From Nitrosopumilus sp. (GTDB lineage Archaea > Thermoproteota > Nitrososphaeria > Nitrososphaerales > Nitrosopumilaceae): a stretch of 64,000 nucleotides of DNA. Shown here piece after piece: positions 28,104-36,794 of this stretch. Positions within the stretch are counted from its first letter, which is position 1. The number at the start of each line of letters is the position of its first letter. Location of the stretch: contig OZ245040.1 in NCBI GenBank assembly GCA_965224195.1, forward strand, positions 832,001 to 896,000, in the 5' to 3' direction. A model generated the notes under the pieces. That model worked only from the letters and a program-made list of their open reading frames with translations. It made no database searches and was not told where the DNA came from. Position numbers and translations under genes: made by a program.

Positions 28104-30143
28104 ATGGAAATTCCAGAAATTCTGCCATTTATTGCAGCAATTGCATCATTTTTAGTCGCTGGTGGATTAGTATTTTGGATTACAAAACAACCTGCTGGAA
28201 CCAAAGAAATGATGGATATCTCAAATGCCGTCAAAGAAGGTGCTGCAGCATTTCTAAAACGTGAAATGATGATTATCGTTCCAGTAGCTATCGCATTAAC
28301 ATTAATTATTGGTATTTTCTTGACTCCGTCAAACGGAATTGCATTTGCTGTAGGTGCAGCATTATCTGCAGTCGCAGGAATTATCTCATTAAAAATTACA
28401 GTAAAAGCAGCAGTTAGGGCTGCAAATCTCAGTAGTGAAGGTTTAGGCAAAACATTTGCTATGGCCTTTAGAGGTGGAGCCACTGTAGGACTAGCAGTTC
28501 CAGCAATGGCACTAGTTGCAATCACTGGTCTTTATCTAATTTATCCAGACCCAATCACAATTGCCGGTGTCGGAATTGGAGCAAGTCTAATTGCATTATT
28601 TATCAGAATTGGTGGGGGTATCTTTACAAAAGCAGCAGACATGGGTGCTGACTTGGTAGGTAAAGTCGAGGTAAACATTCCAGAAGATGATCCTAGAAAC
28701 CCTGCAACAATTGCAGACAATGTCGGTGACAATGTAGGTGATGCAGCAGGAATGGGTTCTGATGTTTACGAATCATATATTGTTACAATACTTGCAGCAT
28801 TACTAATTGCAGCATTAATCGGTGCACCAAACTTTTTCCTTTATCCTATCTTAATTGGTTCATCAGGAATGATTGCATCTATCATTGGTGTTGTCATTGT
28901 TGGCTCAAAGGGAGTGACAGATGTTATGAAGCCGCTTAATCGTTCATTTTATGTTTCAGCTGCAATTGCAATTGGATTGAATTATGTGTTCATCACTCAG
29001 TTTATCGGAGATACTGCAACATCACATGCTCTCTTTGGTTCAACTGTTATTGGCGTCATTCTTGTTCCAGTAATTCAGAAAATTACAGATCACTATACTA
29101 GTTACAAAAAGGGACCTGTAAAAGAAATTGCAGATTCTGCAAAATGGGGATATGCATCATTAACTTTAATGGGCATTATCAAAGGCATGCAATCTACTGG
29201 ACCATTCATGATTGCATTAGTTGTCGCAATTATCTTATCTTACAGCATTGCATCTGGCGCAGCACCTGAAGGTGAAGACCCAGTACTTTATGGAATCTTT
29301 GGAACTGCCTTAACTGCAATGGCAATGTTGAGTTTAGCCGGAATTGTTCTTAGTATTGATGCATTTGGTCCAATTGCTGATAATGCAGGTGGCATTGTTG
29401 AGATGACCGGAATGGGCGAAGAAAATCGTAAAGTCACTGATGAAATTGATGCAGTTGGAAATACTACCAAAGCTGTTACCAAAGGCTTTGCAATTGCAAG
29501 TGCTGCTTTAGCTGCATTGGCAATGATTCAAGCATTCCAATTTGAGGCTGCTCATGTTTTCGCTGGTGTTTTAGTTTTAGATTATAGTTTAACCAATCCT
29601 GCAATTATTGTTGGATTACTCATTGGTGGTTTGATTCCGTTTATCATTACAGGTCAACTAATCAATGGTGTATCACGTGCTGCAGGAAAAATGGTTGATG
29701 AGGTTAGAAGACAATTCAAAGCAGACTCTGGTATTCTTGAAGGTACATCTAAACCTGATTATGCTAAATGTGTAGACATTGCAACTGTTGCATCAATTAA
29801 AGAACTGTGGAAGCCAGCTATTGTCGCAATTGTTTCTCCAATTATTTTAGGAATTTTATTAGGTCCAACAGCAGTCGCAGGATTGTTGATGGGTGCAGTT
29901 GTAACTGGAATTTTACTAGCATACCACTTGGCAAACACTGGTGGTGCATGGGATAATGCAAAGAAACTAGTTGAGATGAACGGAGAGAAAGGCTCTGAAA
30001 TTCACAAAGTTGCAGTAGTCGGAGATATTATCGGTGATCCTTACAAAGACACTGCTGGCCCTGCATTGAATACTGTCATCAAATTACTAAATACAATTGC
30101 AATCGTATTCGTATCGGCATTTGTTGCAATAATTGCAATCTAA
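28104..30143 (+). CDS. hppA: Membrane H+-translocating pyrophosphatase, K+-independent type
   Basis: DMGADLVGKVE, IADNVGDNVGD, GNTTKA (Lys at the K+-independence position), GDPYKDT. Confidence 0.93.
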   Translation: MEIPEILPFIAAIASFLVAGGLVFWITKQPAGTKEMMDISNAVKEGAAAFLKREMMIIVPVAIALTLIIGIFLTPSNGIAFAVGAALSAVAGIISLKITVKAAVRAANLSSEGLGKTFAMAFRGGATVGLAVPAMALVAITGLYLIYPDPITIAGVGIGASLIALFIRIGGGIFTKAADMGADLVGKVEVNIPEDDPRNPATIADNVGDNVGDAAGMGSDVYESYIVTILAALLIAALIGAPNFFLYPILIGSSGMIASIIGVVIVGSKGVTDVMKPLNRSFYVSAAIAIGLNYVFITQFIGDTATSHALFGSTVIGVILVPVIQKITDHYTSYKKGPVKEIADSAKWGYASLTLMGIIKGMQSTGPFMIALVVAIILSYSIASGAAPEGEDPVLYGIFGTALTAMAMLSLAGIVLSIDAFGPIADNAGGIVEMTGMGEENRKVTDEIDAVGNTTKAVTKGFAIASAALAALAMIQAFQFEAAHVFAGVLVLDYSLTNPAIIVGLLIGGLIPFIITGQLINGVSRAAGKMVDEVRRQFKADSGILEGTSKPDYAKCVDIATVASIKELWKPAIVAIVSPIILGILLGPTAVAGLLMGAVVTGILLAYHLANTGGAWDNAKKLVEMNGEKGSEIHKVAVVGDIIGDPYKDTAGPALNTVIKLLNTIAIVFVSAFVAIIAI

Positions 30144-30278
30144 TCAATAAGATTAGATGCTCATCTAGTTTTCTCAGATTAATTCAATACTTTTTATTTT
30201 TGTTATGGTGCTGAGGGCAAGTTTTGTGAAATAAGATTAGTGTTCTTTAAAATATTGAGAAAATACAGGGCAAATTGA

Positions 30279-30434
30279 TTATTCTTGATAATGAACCAAC
30301 AATATTTTTTCCATAACTGGGTGGACTGCTATGATCTTTTCATTTTTTTCTGCTAAAAAGTCATTTACAACATCCTGAAGAAAAATTCCTGGCTTTAATT
30401 CATTGGCGTCAAAATATTTTATTTTGTGAACCAT
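30279..30434 (-). CDS. 51-aa hypothetical protein (not in track)
   Basis: MVHKIKYFDANELKPGIFLQDVVNDFLAEKNEKIIAVHPVMEKILLVHYQE. Confidence 0.6.
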   Translation of the reverse strand: MVHKIKYFDANELKPGIFLQDVVNDFLAEKNEKIIAVHPVMEKILLVHYQE

Positions 30435-30604
30435 GTGTAAAATGAAGTAAAAATAGAATATAACAATGATGAATAGATAAAGAAACCTTTACGGTTTTAA
30501 TTTACTATAGTCGTAAGTCACAATAAATGAAAGAAAAAAGAATTTGAGAATATCTAAAAATAATCAAGTTTAAAATTAATCAAACAAAACTAATCCACAA
30601 TCTT

Positions 30605-30733
30605 CTATTTTTGATGTTTTGGTAAGCACTCTTTACAATATACAGGTCTGTCTGGTTTTGGTTCAAAAGGAACTTCTGAATCTTTGCCACAGTCTGAACA
30701 TGTGCATTTGTACATTTTTCTGTCTTCTGACAT
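30605..30733 (-). CDS. CxxC-x17-CxxC zinc-ribbon microprotein (not in track)
   Basis: MSEDRKMYKCTCSDCGKDSEVPFEPKPDRPVYCKECLPKHQK; VPF.P...RPVYC..C pattern. Confidence 0.88.
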   Translation of the reverse strand: MSEDRKMYKCTCSDCGKDSEVPFEPKPDRPVYCKECLPKHQK

Positions 30734-30895
30734 GATTGAAATAAATTCTCTATCTATAAGAATGAACATTATTTGCAATTAATCCTGTATATTTACATCT
30801 AGTTTATGATATGAAGATGTCTGTGAGGTTTGAATGATTTTTGAAAGTATGGTTGCATTGTATTCATAATTCTTACAAATTTTTATGTCGATAAT

Positions 30896-31078
30896 TTAAT
30901 CTTCTCCAAATAACGTCATATCTAATTCATCAATTTGAGCTTGAATTGCTTTTTTCAATGTGACATCGTGTATTTCACAAAATTTGAAATAATTATCTGC
31001 AGTTTGGAAACATCCACAAATCCATTTTGTTTTTTTGTCTCCTTCAACTGTCCACTTTGAGTATTTGTTTTCAGACAT
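30896..31078 (-). CDS. 60-aa Cys/His microprotein
   Basis: WICGC...FCEIH. Confidence 0.65.
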   Translation of the reverse strand: MSENKYSKWTVEGDKKTKWICGCFQTADNYFKFCEIHDVTLKKAIQAQIDELDMTLFGED

Positions 31079-31135
31079 GGTTATTCTATATTGATTAATC
31101 TAAAAAATATGTCTTTGAATAAAAAGGAAAAATGA

Positions 31136-31393
31136 TTAAGGACAGCCTTCCATCTTTTGGATAAAGTAGCCTTTTTCCTTAATTGCCTGTTCTACAGGCT
31201 CTGGTGCTCCTTGTGAGTGACAGAATGTACATTCGTTTGTAGTCATTTCTGATTCACCTTCATTTACGGATTGTAACCATTCTTTACCATATGTGATGGC
31301 TTTGTCGTGGTCTTTTTCACCAGTGATTACATCAAAGTGCATGGTGTGACCATCTGCTGCTTTGACATAAGTGTCGTATACGTGAATTTCCAT
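31136..31393 (-). CDS. DUF2024-family protein
   Basis: HVYDTYV...MHFDV...ECTFCHS...GYFIQKMEGC. Confidence 0.8.
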   Translation of the reverse strand: MEIHVYDTYVKAADGHTMHFDVITGEKDHDKAITYGKEWLQSVNEGESEMTTNECTFCHSQGAPEPVEQAIKEKGYFIQKMEGCP

Positions 31394-31538
31394 AAATTTA
31401 ACTAAAAAAAGGGATATTTAATTCAAGAAGTGCTTTTAGGCGAGGCGTATTTGTGATTTATTTTATGATTGTCTAATTTGAAATTTTTTAAATTTCTCTG
31501 TGTTTATCTTTTAATATTCTCATACGAAATAATCTATT

Positions 31539-32264
31539 ATGAATAATCTCAGATGGGCACAAGGTTGGAGGGCAACTCTTGCAGGATCTTTGTTAGGTTT
31601 AGGAATTGGATTGGTTGTAATTGGTATTTTAGTTTTAGATATTCATACGATACAATCCGATTTTCAAAAAGAATATTCAAAAGATGTTAACGTAGAAGAC
31701 ACCTCTAAAATATTGTTATCCATAGATGCATTACAATTAAGCACCACGGGATCTTCTCTTCTTGCTATTGGTATTGCATTATCGTTAGGATCATATCCTT
31801 TTTTTGAAAGTTATGTAAACCTGAGGAAAAAAGCTATTGATGATTTTATGATTATTAATCCAATAATAGTAAGATGTCATAGTTTCATAGATGCAGGAAT
31901 TTCTGAATACACTGAACATTTAGAATTAGCACTTAGTAGAGATACGATAGAAAATCAAATCAATATAGTACATGCCATGTTAATGGGAAGATTCAGGAGA
32001 TGGGAGGATTTTTTCCTTCAAACAGAAAGAGACATACAATTCTTACAACTTAAAAATCCTGATCTCTATGAAGACATGGTAAGAATAATTCAATCAAACA
32101 GAGTATTATTAAATCCAAATAGATTTGAAAATATCCAGCCAACATTTGAACCAGATACCATGATTGCTTGGATAGGTAATATTAGAAGATTATTGCCAAT
32201 CTTACGATCAGTAAATCATTCTTTTATTCAATTTCAAAATGAACATAGGACATTCCTAAATTAA
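31539..32264 (+). CDS. Accessory 2-TM hypothetical protein
   Basis: Two N-terminal hydrophobic helices and a helical C-terminal domain. Confidence 0.65.
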   Translation: MNNLRWAQGWRATLAGSLLGLGIGLVVIGILVLDIHTIQSDFQKEYSKDVNVEDTSKILLSIDALQLSTTGSSLLAIGIALSLGSYPFFESYVNLRKKAIDDFMIINPIIVRCHSFIDAGISEYTEHLELALSRDTIENQINIVHAMLMGRFRRWEDFFLQTERDIQFLQLKNPDLYEDMVRIIQSNRVLLNPNRFENIQPTFEPDTMIAWIGNIRRLLPILRSVNHSFIQFQNEHRTFLN

Positions 32265-32286
32265 AAACACACACTTAACTGGATTT

Positions 32287-33075
32287 TTATTTTTTTGTCT
32301 TTTTTAATCTGCGATGAATCTCTTCAATTAATTCTTGAATTTGAAAAAAAGCAAGTTCAGATTGTTTTTGTGTATATCTTTCTCCTGGATGTTGGGCTGT
32401 ATTTCGTTTATTCCTCCTAAATTGAAGTAATCCTATAAGATGATCTTTTTCACCCAATTCCTTTTTCAAAGCTGCTTCTAAATCTCCCCAATTGGAATTT
32501 TCTGGAGGTTCTTTCTTCATAATTTTTTTATAGAATTTTTTTACCATATGTTCTCCAACTCTATTCATTATCATTACTGCTGGAGTCGGAAGCCCATTTC
32601 CAATACAACCATATGCATCACTAAGATCTTTTCTTGCTATCGGACCTACCATCTTAGATAATTTATTCACTTCAATACCTAATTTATCCAAATCAATTAA
32701 TTCTGTAGATGGTTCTTTGAACTCGTTTGTTATTGTTTCATACCATGTTGAAGATTGTTTTTCGAGTTTTGTTGCATCTTCTAATGTTATGAACATTTTT
32801 GTTTTTTCTTTAGATTCTAATTCATATTCTTCATCAAATTTCTTTATCCACTGTTCTATTTCTTCTGAAATTTTTTTAATTTCTTCATATCTTTTACTTA
32901 GAGCAAGTGTTAATGGAATTGTATTCTTTAAAACATATAAAATGAAATTCTTACCTTTGACCTTGATTTCTGCATCATGTTGTGTCACTTTACGACATGA
33001 TTCATACACATATCCCAAGTCCCATGAAATTCTCATAAAATGTGGAATAAAATTTCTAGAAACCAATGTTTTCAT
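32287..33075 (-). CDS. HEPN/DUF4145-like protein
   Basis: DAYGC...PAVMIMNRVGE helix and C-terminal RNTAQH (Rx4H). Confidence 0.6.
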   Translation of the reverse strand: MKTLVSRNFIPHFMRISWDLGYVYESCRKVTQHDAEIKVKGKNFILYVLKNTIPLTLALSKRYEEIKKISEEIEQWIKKFDEEYELESKEKTKMFITLEDATKLEKQSSTWYETITNEFKEPSTELIDLDKLGIEVNKLSKMVGPIARKDLSDAYGCIGNGLPTPAVMIMNRVGEHMVKKFYKKIMKKEPPENSNWGDLEAALKKELGEKDHLIGLLQFRRNKRNTAQHPGERYTQKQSELAFFQIQELIEEIHRRLKKTKK

Positions 33076-33379
33076 TTTAAGTAATAATATTTTAAATCAT
33101 GCCTTTGAAAATGCCAAAAATATGTCGTAATAGGTATGAATTGTAAAAAACTATGTTTGTTTGAATTGTATTTGCTTTGATGTATTTTTCAAATATTCTT
33201 TGCTTGCCAAGGTATATTGTGTATCTTAAATCCTAAAATTTAATCGTATTTTTCTTAGCGATCTTTTTCAATTTATTACTAATACCCCCTGCTTTGAAAG
33301 GAATATCTAATTCAAAGATCTCAGGCTCCATTTTCTAAAATGGTGAAACGTATTAATAATTTAAAAAGCGATTTTCAAT

Positions 33380-33541
33380 ATGGCAGAAGCTAGTATTGCA
33401 GCATTTGGTGCAGCGGCAGGAGCTGCAATTGCATTGGCAATAGTTTGCTTTATTCTTCGAGGTAAAGGACATTCTGAAGGCTCACATAACCACGATTACG
33501 ATAAAGTCACATCAGATGATGCCCATGTTCATCAGGATTAG
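33380..33541 (+). CDS. 53-aa TM microprotein with His-rich tail (not in track)
   Basis: MAEASIAAFGAAAGAAIALAIVCFILRGKGHSEGSHNHDYDKVTSDDAHVHQD; TATA-like tttaaaaa about 20 nt upstream. Confidence 0.7.
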   Translation: MAEASIAAFGAAAGAAIALAIVCFILRGKGHSEGSHNHDYDKVTSDDAHVHQD

Positions 33542-33633
33542 TTGAGTTTCTATTTTTTAAAATTTATTTTAAAAATACTTTCAACAATTTCTTGGTTCGC
33601 AATAGTTTTTTAATTCAAATATCTAGAGTAACC

Positions 33634-34023
33634 ATGAAACATTCTGTTGCAGTTGAAATTCCACACTCATCTGACATACTTTTAGAATTAGATGATACGA
33701 ATTCCCCAAACACTGTAAATGATTTTGTATCAAAGTTACCTTTTACAGTAGATCTTAATGTTTGGGGTGATGAAATTTACACATCAAAATCCCCAATATC
33801 CCAACCTGAAGAAAATGCAAAGTCTCCAGTTGAACTCAATGATGTTGCATACTGGCCTACAGGTAAAGCAATATGTCTATTTTATGGCCCTACACCGATT
33901 GGCAATCCTGGAGACATTACTCCTGCATCGCCAGTCAATATCATTGGAAAGATTATTTCTCCAGACAAAAAAATCCTAAATAATATTCATAGCGAGCAAG
34001 CTACGTTTAGCCTACAATCTTGA
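33634..34023 (+). CDS. Cyclophilin-like fold protein (DUF369/TM1367)
   Basis: WGDEIY, DVAYWPTGKAICLFYGPTP, PASPVN; ATG 33634 preferred. Confidence 0.85.
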   Translation: MKHSVAVEIPHSSDILLELDDTNSPNTVNDFVSKLPFTVDLNVWGDEIYTSKSPISQPEENAKSPVELNDVAYWPTGKAICLFYGPTPIGNPGDITPASPVNIIGKIISPDKKILNNIHSEQATFSLQS

Positions 34024-34024
34024 A

Positions 34025-34414
34025 TTATTCTTCAATAGGAATTTCTACAATATCTGTTTCAAGCAAATATGCTCTAAAGTTTTTGTTGATTCCCGAATAA
34101 ATTATCCATGCAACTGGACTACTTTGCATAAATTTTTTATCTGTATTTGATGGGTATGCATCTGAATCTGGATGTGAGTGAAATATTCCAATTACTTCCA
34201 TCTCTTTCTCTTCGGCAATTTTGTAACCTTCGATTAGTTGTTTATTTGAAATTGTAAAATTTACTGGAGATTTTTCTATATTTTCTGTTAGAAATAAATC
34301 TAAAACTTGATCATTTTTACCAAATAAAATGGCACATGATTCATTAGGTTTTTGATTCTCTGAGTATTCTGATAGGATTTTTTTATCTGCTTCTGATAAT
34401 TTTATTTTCTGCAA
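34025..34414 (-). CDS. JAMM/MPN+ metalloprotease
   Basis: PNESCAILFG; FHSHP...PS..D. Confidence 0.9.
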   Translation of the reverse strand: MQKIKLSEADKKILSEYSENQKPNESCAILFGKNDQVLDLFLTENIEKSPVNFTISNKQLIEGYKIAEEKEMEVIGIFHSHPDSDAYPSNTDKKFMQSSPVAWIIYSGINKNFRAYLLETDIVEIPIEE

Positions 34415-34416
34415 AT

Positions 34417-35508
34417 CTATTCTACGTTAACAGTTCCTACCATACATGGGTGGAATGTGCAGAAATAATCAAAAATTCCTGCATCTGTAAATGTAAATTC
34501 GAAAATATCTCCTGCTGACATCATTTCTGAATCAAAGGTACCATCTGTTTCTGGTACTTTTCCTGATGTTACTGTGTGTACTGTAGTATCTGCATTATCC
34601 CATGCAACTGTAGTTCCAACAGTAATGTCTATTGTTTCTGGATCATAGTAAATTTGTCCGTCTTCAATAATTGCTGCTCCTTGTGGAATTGTTACTTTGG
34701 TTGGTTCTTTTGCAGCTTCAATAACTAAAGTTGCAACCATCCAGGGATGAACGATGCACAAGTATTCGTGTTCGCCCACTTCCAAACCATTTGAGTCTAA
34801 TGAGTAAGATTCTCCTGGACCAAACAATCCTGAATCAAATGTTTCCCCAAAGCCTACTGTACTTGTAACTGTATGTGCGGCAGCATCTGCATTTGTCCAT
34901 TCAATTACATGACCTTGTGTAACAACTGCGACATCTGGCGAATAGTCTGGATTTCCTTCTGTTGCAGAATCTTTTAGAATTTCAATTGCAAATATTGGTC
35001 CTGATGGTGTAAGATCTTCTGCTGGTTCATCAACACCTACTTGTTGAGGAATCATGTATGTGTCAGGAGATGAGAACATTCCAAATGATACACACATGAT
35101 AATTCCTGTAGCTGCTGCCATTGAAACAATTGCCCCGATTGGCTTTGCTACTTCTGGATGTTTCATGTATAGATATGAAATTATAATTGCAGGAAATGCA
35201 ATTGCCATTAAAATTCCGGCTAATGTAATTGTATAATTTGATGTATTCATAACCATTGCATACATTCCAAATCCTAATGATATTGATAAAATCACCAAAG
35301 TCGTAGCTTTGGCTCTATTACTTGTTGAAACCCCTCCATCCAAGATACCTGCTGCAAGGAAAATTAATCCAACAAACATGGTCAAGCCTGTAAGTGCATG
35401 CATGCCATCGATGAATGTATGTGCAATACCTGCATACGACAATGTAAGACCAGCTAATCCTATAGCTGTTAGTCCCATTCCTGGCATCATGAGGTCCCAA
35501 TTACTCAT
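34417..35508 (-). CDS. Multi-TM protein with two C-terminal cupredoxin domains
   Basis: About 5 TM helices; HTVTS...CIVHPWM and HTVTSG...CTFHPCM. Confidence 0.88.
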   Translation of the reverse strand: MSNWDLMMPGMGLTAIGLAGLTLSYAGIAHTFIDGMHALTGLTMFVGLIFLAAGILDGGVSTSNRAKATTLVILSISLGFGMYAMVMNTSNYTITLAGILMAIAFPAIIISYLYMKHPEVAKPIGAIVSMAAATGIIMCVSFGMFSSPDTYMIPQQVGVDEPAEDLTPSGPIFAIEILKDSATEGNPDYSPDVAVVTQGHVIEWTNADAAAHTVTSTVGFGETFDSGLFGPGESYSLDSNGLEVGEHEYLCIVHPWMVATLVIEAAKEPTKVTIPQGAAIIEDGQIYYDPETIDITVGTTVAWDNADTTVHTVTSGKVPETDGTFDSEMMSAGDIFEFTFTDAGIFDYFCTFHPCMVGTVNVE

Positions 35509-35603
35509 TTAAGATAGCTGATAGGACTGAGATACTTATTCCTTGCGAAATTATATGGATCTAGACGAAGAAATTAAATGGCTTTGGAATAGGATAGAGT
35601 GAA

Positions 35604-36491
35604 TTGGGATTTAATGAAATACTGGAGATATCCAAACCCAGAATTGTTGTTCTTTTAGTAATTACTGCAGTTACATCCATGTATGCTGCAAGTAAGCTAG
35701 TTCCAGGTGTTCCTGAGCTAGATTATTGGTCTTATTTGCATATTATTATTGCAGGTGCCCTAGCTTCTGCTGGATCAAGTGCACTGAACCACTATTATGA
35801 TAAAGACATTGATCCTAAGATGACTCGAACTAGTACAAGACCAATTCCTTCTGGAAGGATGGCAGCATCAAATGTTTTGATATATGGATTAGCTGTAAGT
35901 TGCATCTCTGTAATCTATGGCTACTTTGCATTGAATGCAGTTTCTGCATTCTTTATTGCAGTGGGAATTTTCTCGTATGTTGTAATTTACACAGTTTGGC
36001 TAAAACGAAGAAACACATCCAATATTGTTATTGGTGGTATTGCAGGTAGTGCAGCAGCTTGGGCAGGATGGTCAGCAGCTACAGGCAGTATGGATTTGTT
36101 AGGATTTTTAGTTGGTTTCTTAGTTTTTGTTTGGACTCCTTCTCACTTTTGGTGTCTTGCAATGAAAATCAAAGACGAATACGCAAAAGCAGAAGTTCCA
36201 ATGCTTCCTGTTGTTATCGGAATGCAAAAAACCTCGAAATTTATTTTAGGTAACACCTTAATTTTAATTCCGTATTCTCTGATACTTTCATTTATTCCAG
36301 ATGGTATGGGAATTGTTTATACTGTTATTGCAATAGTTTCTGGAGCATTGATGCTTGTATATCATTACAAATTAACAAAGACACCTACATCTGAATTTGC
36401 ATGGAAAGCATACAAAGTAACTGCTCCCTATCTTACAATAATTTTTGTAGCTGTTGCATTAGATGCAGCATTCCATTATCCGTTATTCTAA
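35604..36491 (+). CDS. cyoE: Protoheme IX farnesyltransferase
   Basis: KPRI, NHYYDKDID..M.RT..RPIPSG, YTVWLKRR, WTPSHFW. Confidence 0.93.
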   Translation: MGFNEILEISKPRIVVLLVITAVTSMYAASKLVPGVPELDYWSYLHIIIAGALASAGSSALNHYYDKDIDPKMTRTSTRPIPSGRMAASNVLIYGLAVSCISVIYGYFALNAVSAFFIAVGIFSYVVIYTVWLKRRNTSNIVIGGIAGSAAAWAGWSAATGSMDLLGFLVGFLVFVWTPSHFWCLAMKIKDEYAKAEVPMLPVVIGMQKTSKFILGNTLILIPYSLILSFIPDGMGIVYTVIAIVSGALMLVYHYKLTKTPTSEFAWKAYKVTAPYLTIIFVAVALDAAFHYPLF

Positions 36492-36494
36492 AAT

Positions 36495-36791
36495 TTATTT
36501 ATCTACGCCTGGGAAACTAGCTTCGTAATCACTTTCAGTAGTTTCTTTAATTTGTTGTTCATGCTTGTCAACTGTTTTTTCAATTATGACTACTTCGATT
36601 CTACGCTCATCTTTTGTAATCCATGAAACCGTGATGAGCCCAAGAATTTCTAAATCTAAAAGAATTTTATTGAATCTGTCGTCTGCAATCACATGTCCAT
36701 CTTTTACAAGACTCTTGAAAAGTTCAACATCTGTTAAACGAGTTGCTTCCTTAATTTTATCAAATACTGTATTTCTTATTGGTATTGCCAT
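36495..36791 (-). CDS. Conserved winged-helix-like hypothetical protein
   Basis: FNKILLDLEILGLITV; directly downstream of cdc48. Confidence 0.7.
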   Translation of the reverse strand: MAIPIRNTVFDKIKEATRLTDVELFKSLVKDGHVIADDRFNKILLDLEILGLITVSWITKDERRIEVVIIEKTVDKHEQQIKETTESDYEASFPGVDK

Positions 36792-36794
36792 TTT

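Noticed and set aside
27974-28525. Long antisense ORFs over hppA, herA, the fumarase-family gene and cdc48
   Set aside because: Shadow ORFs opposite well-supported genes, with no recognisable motifs
33130-33331. Short - strand ORF fragment (MEPEIFELDIPF...)
   Set aside because: Only 32 codons with no recognisable family; possibly a gene remnant but unsupported
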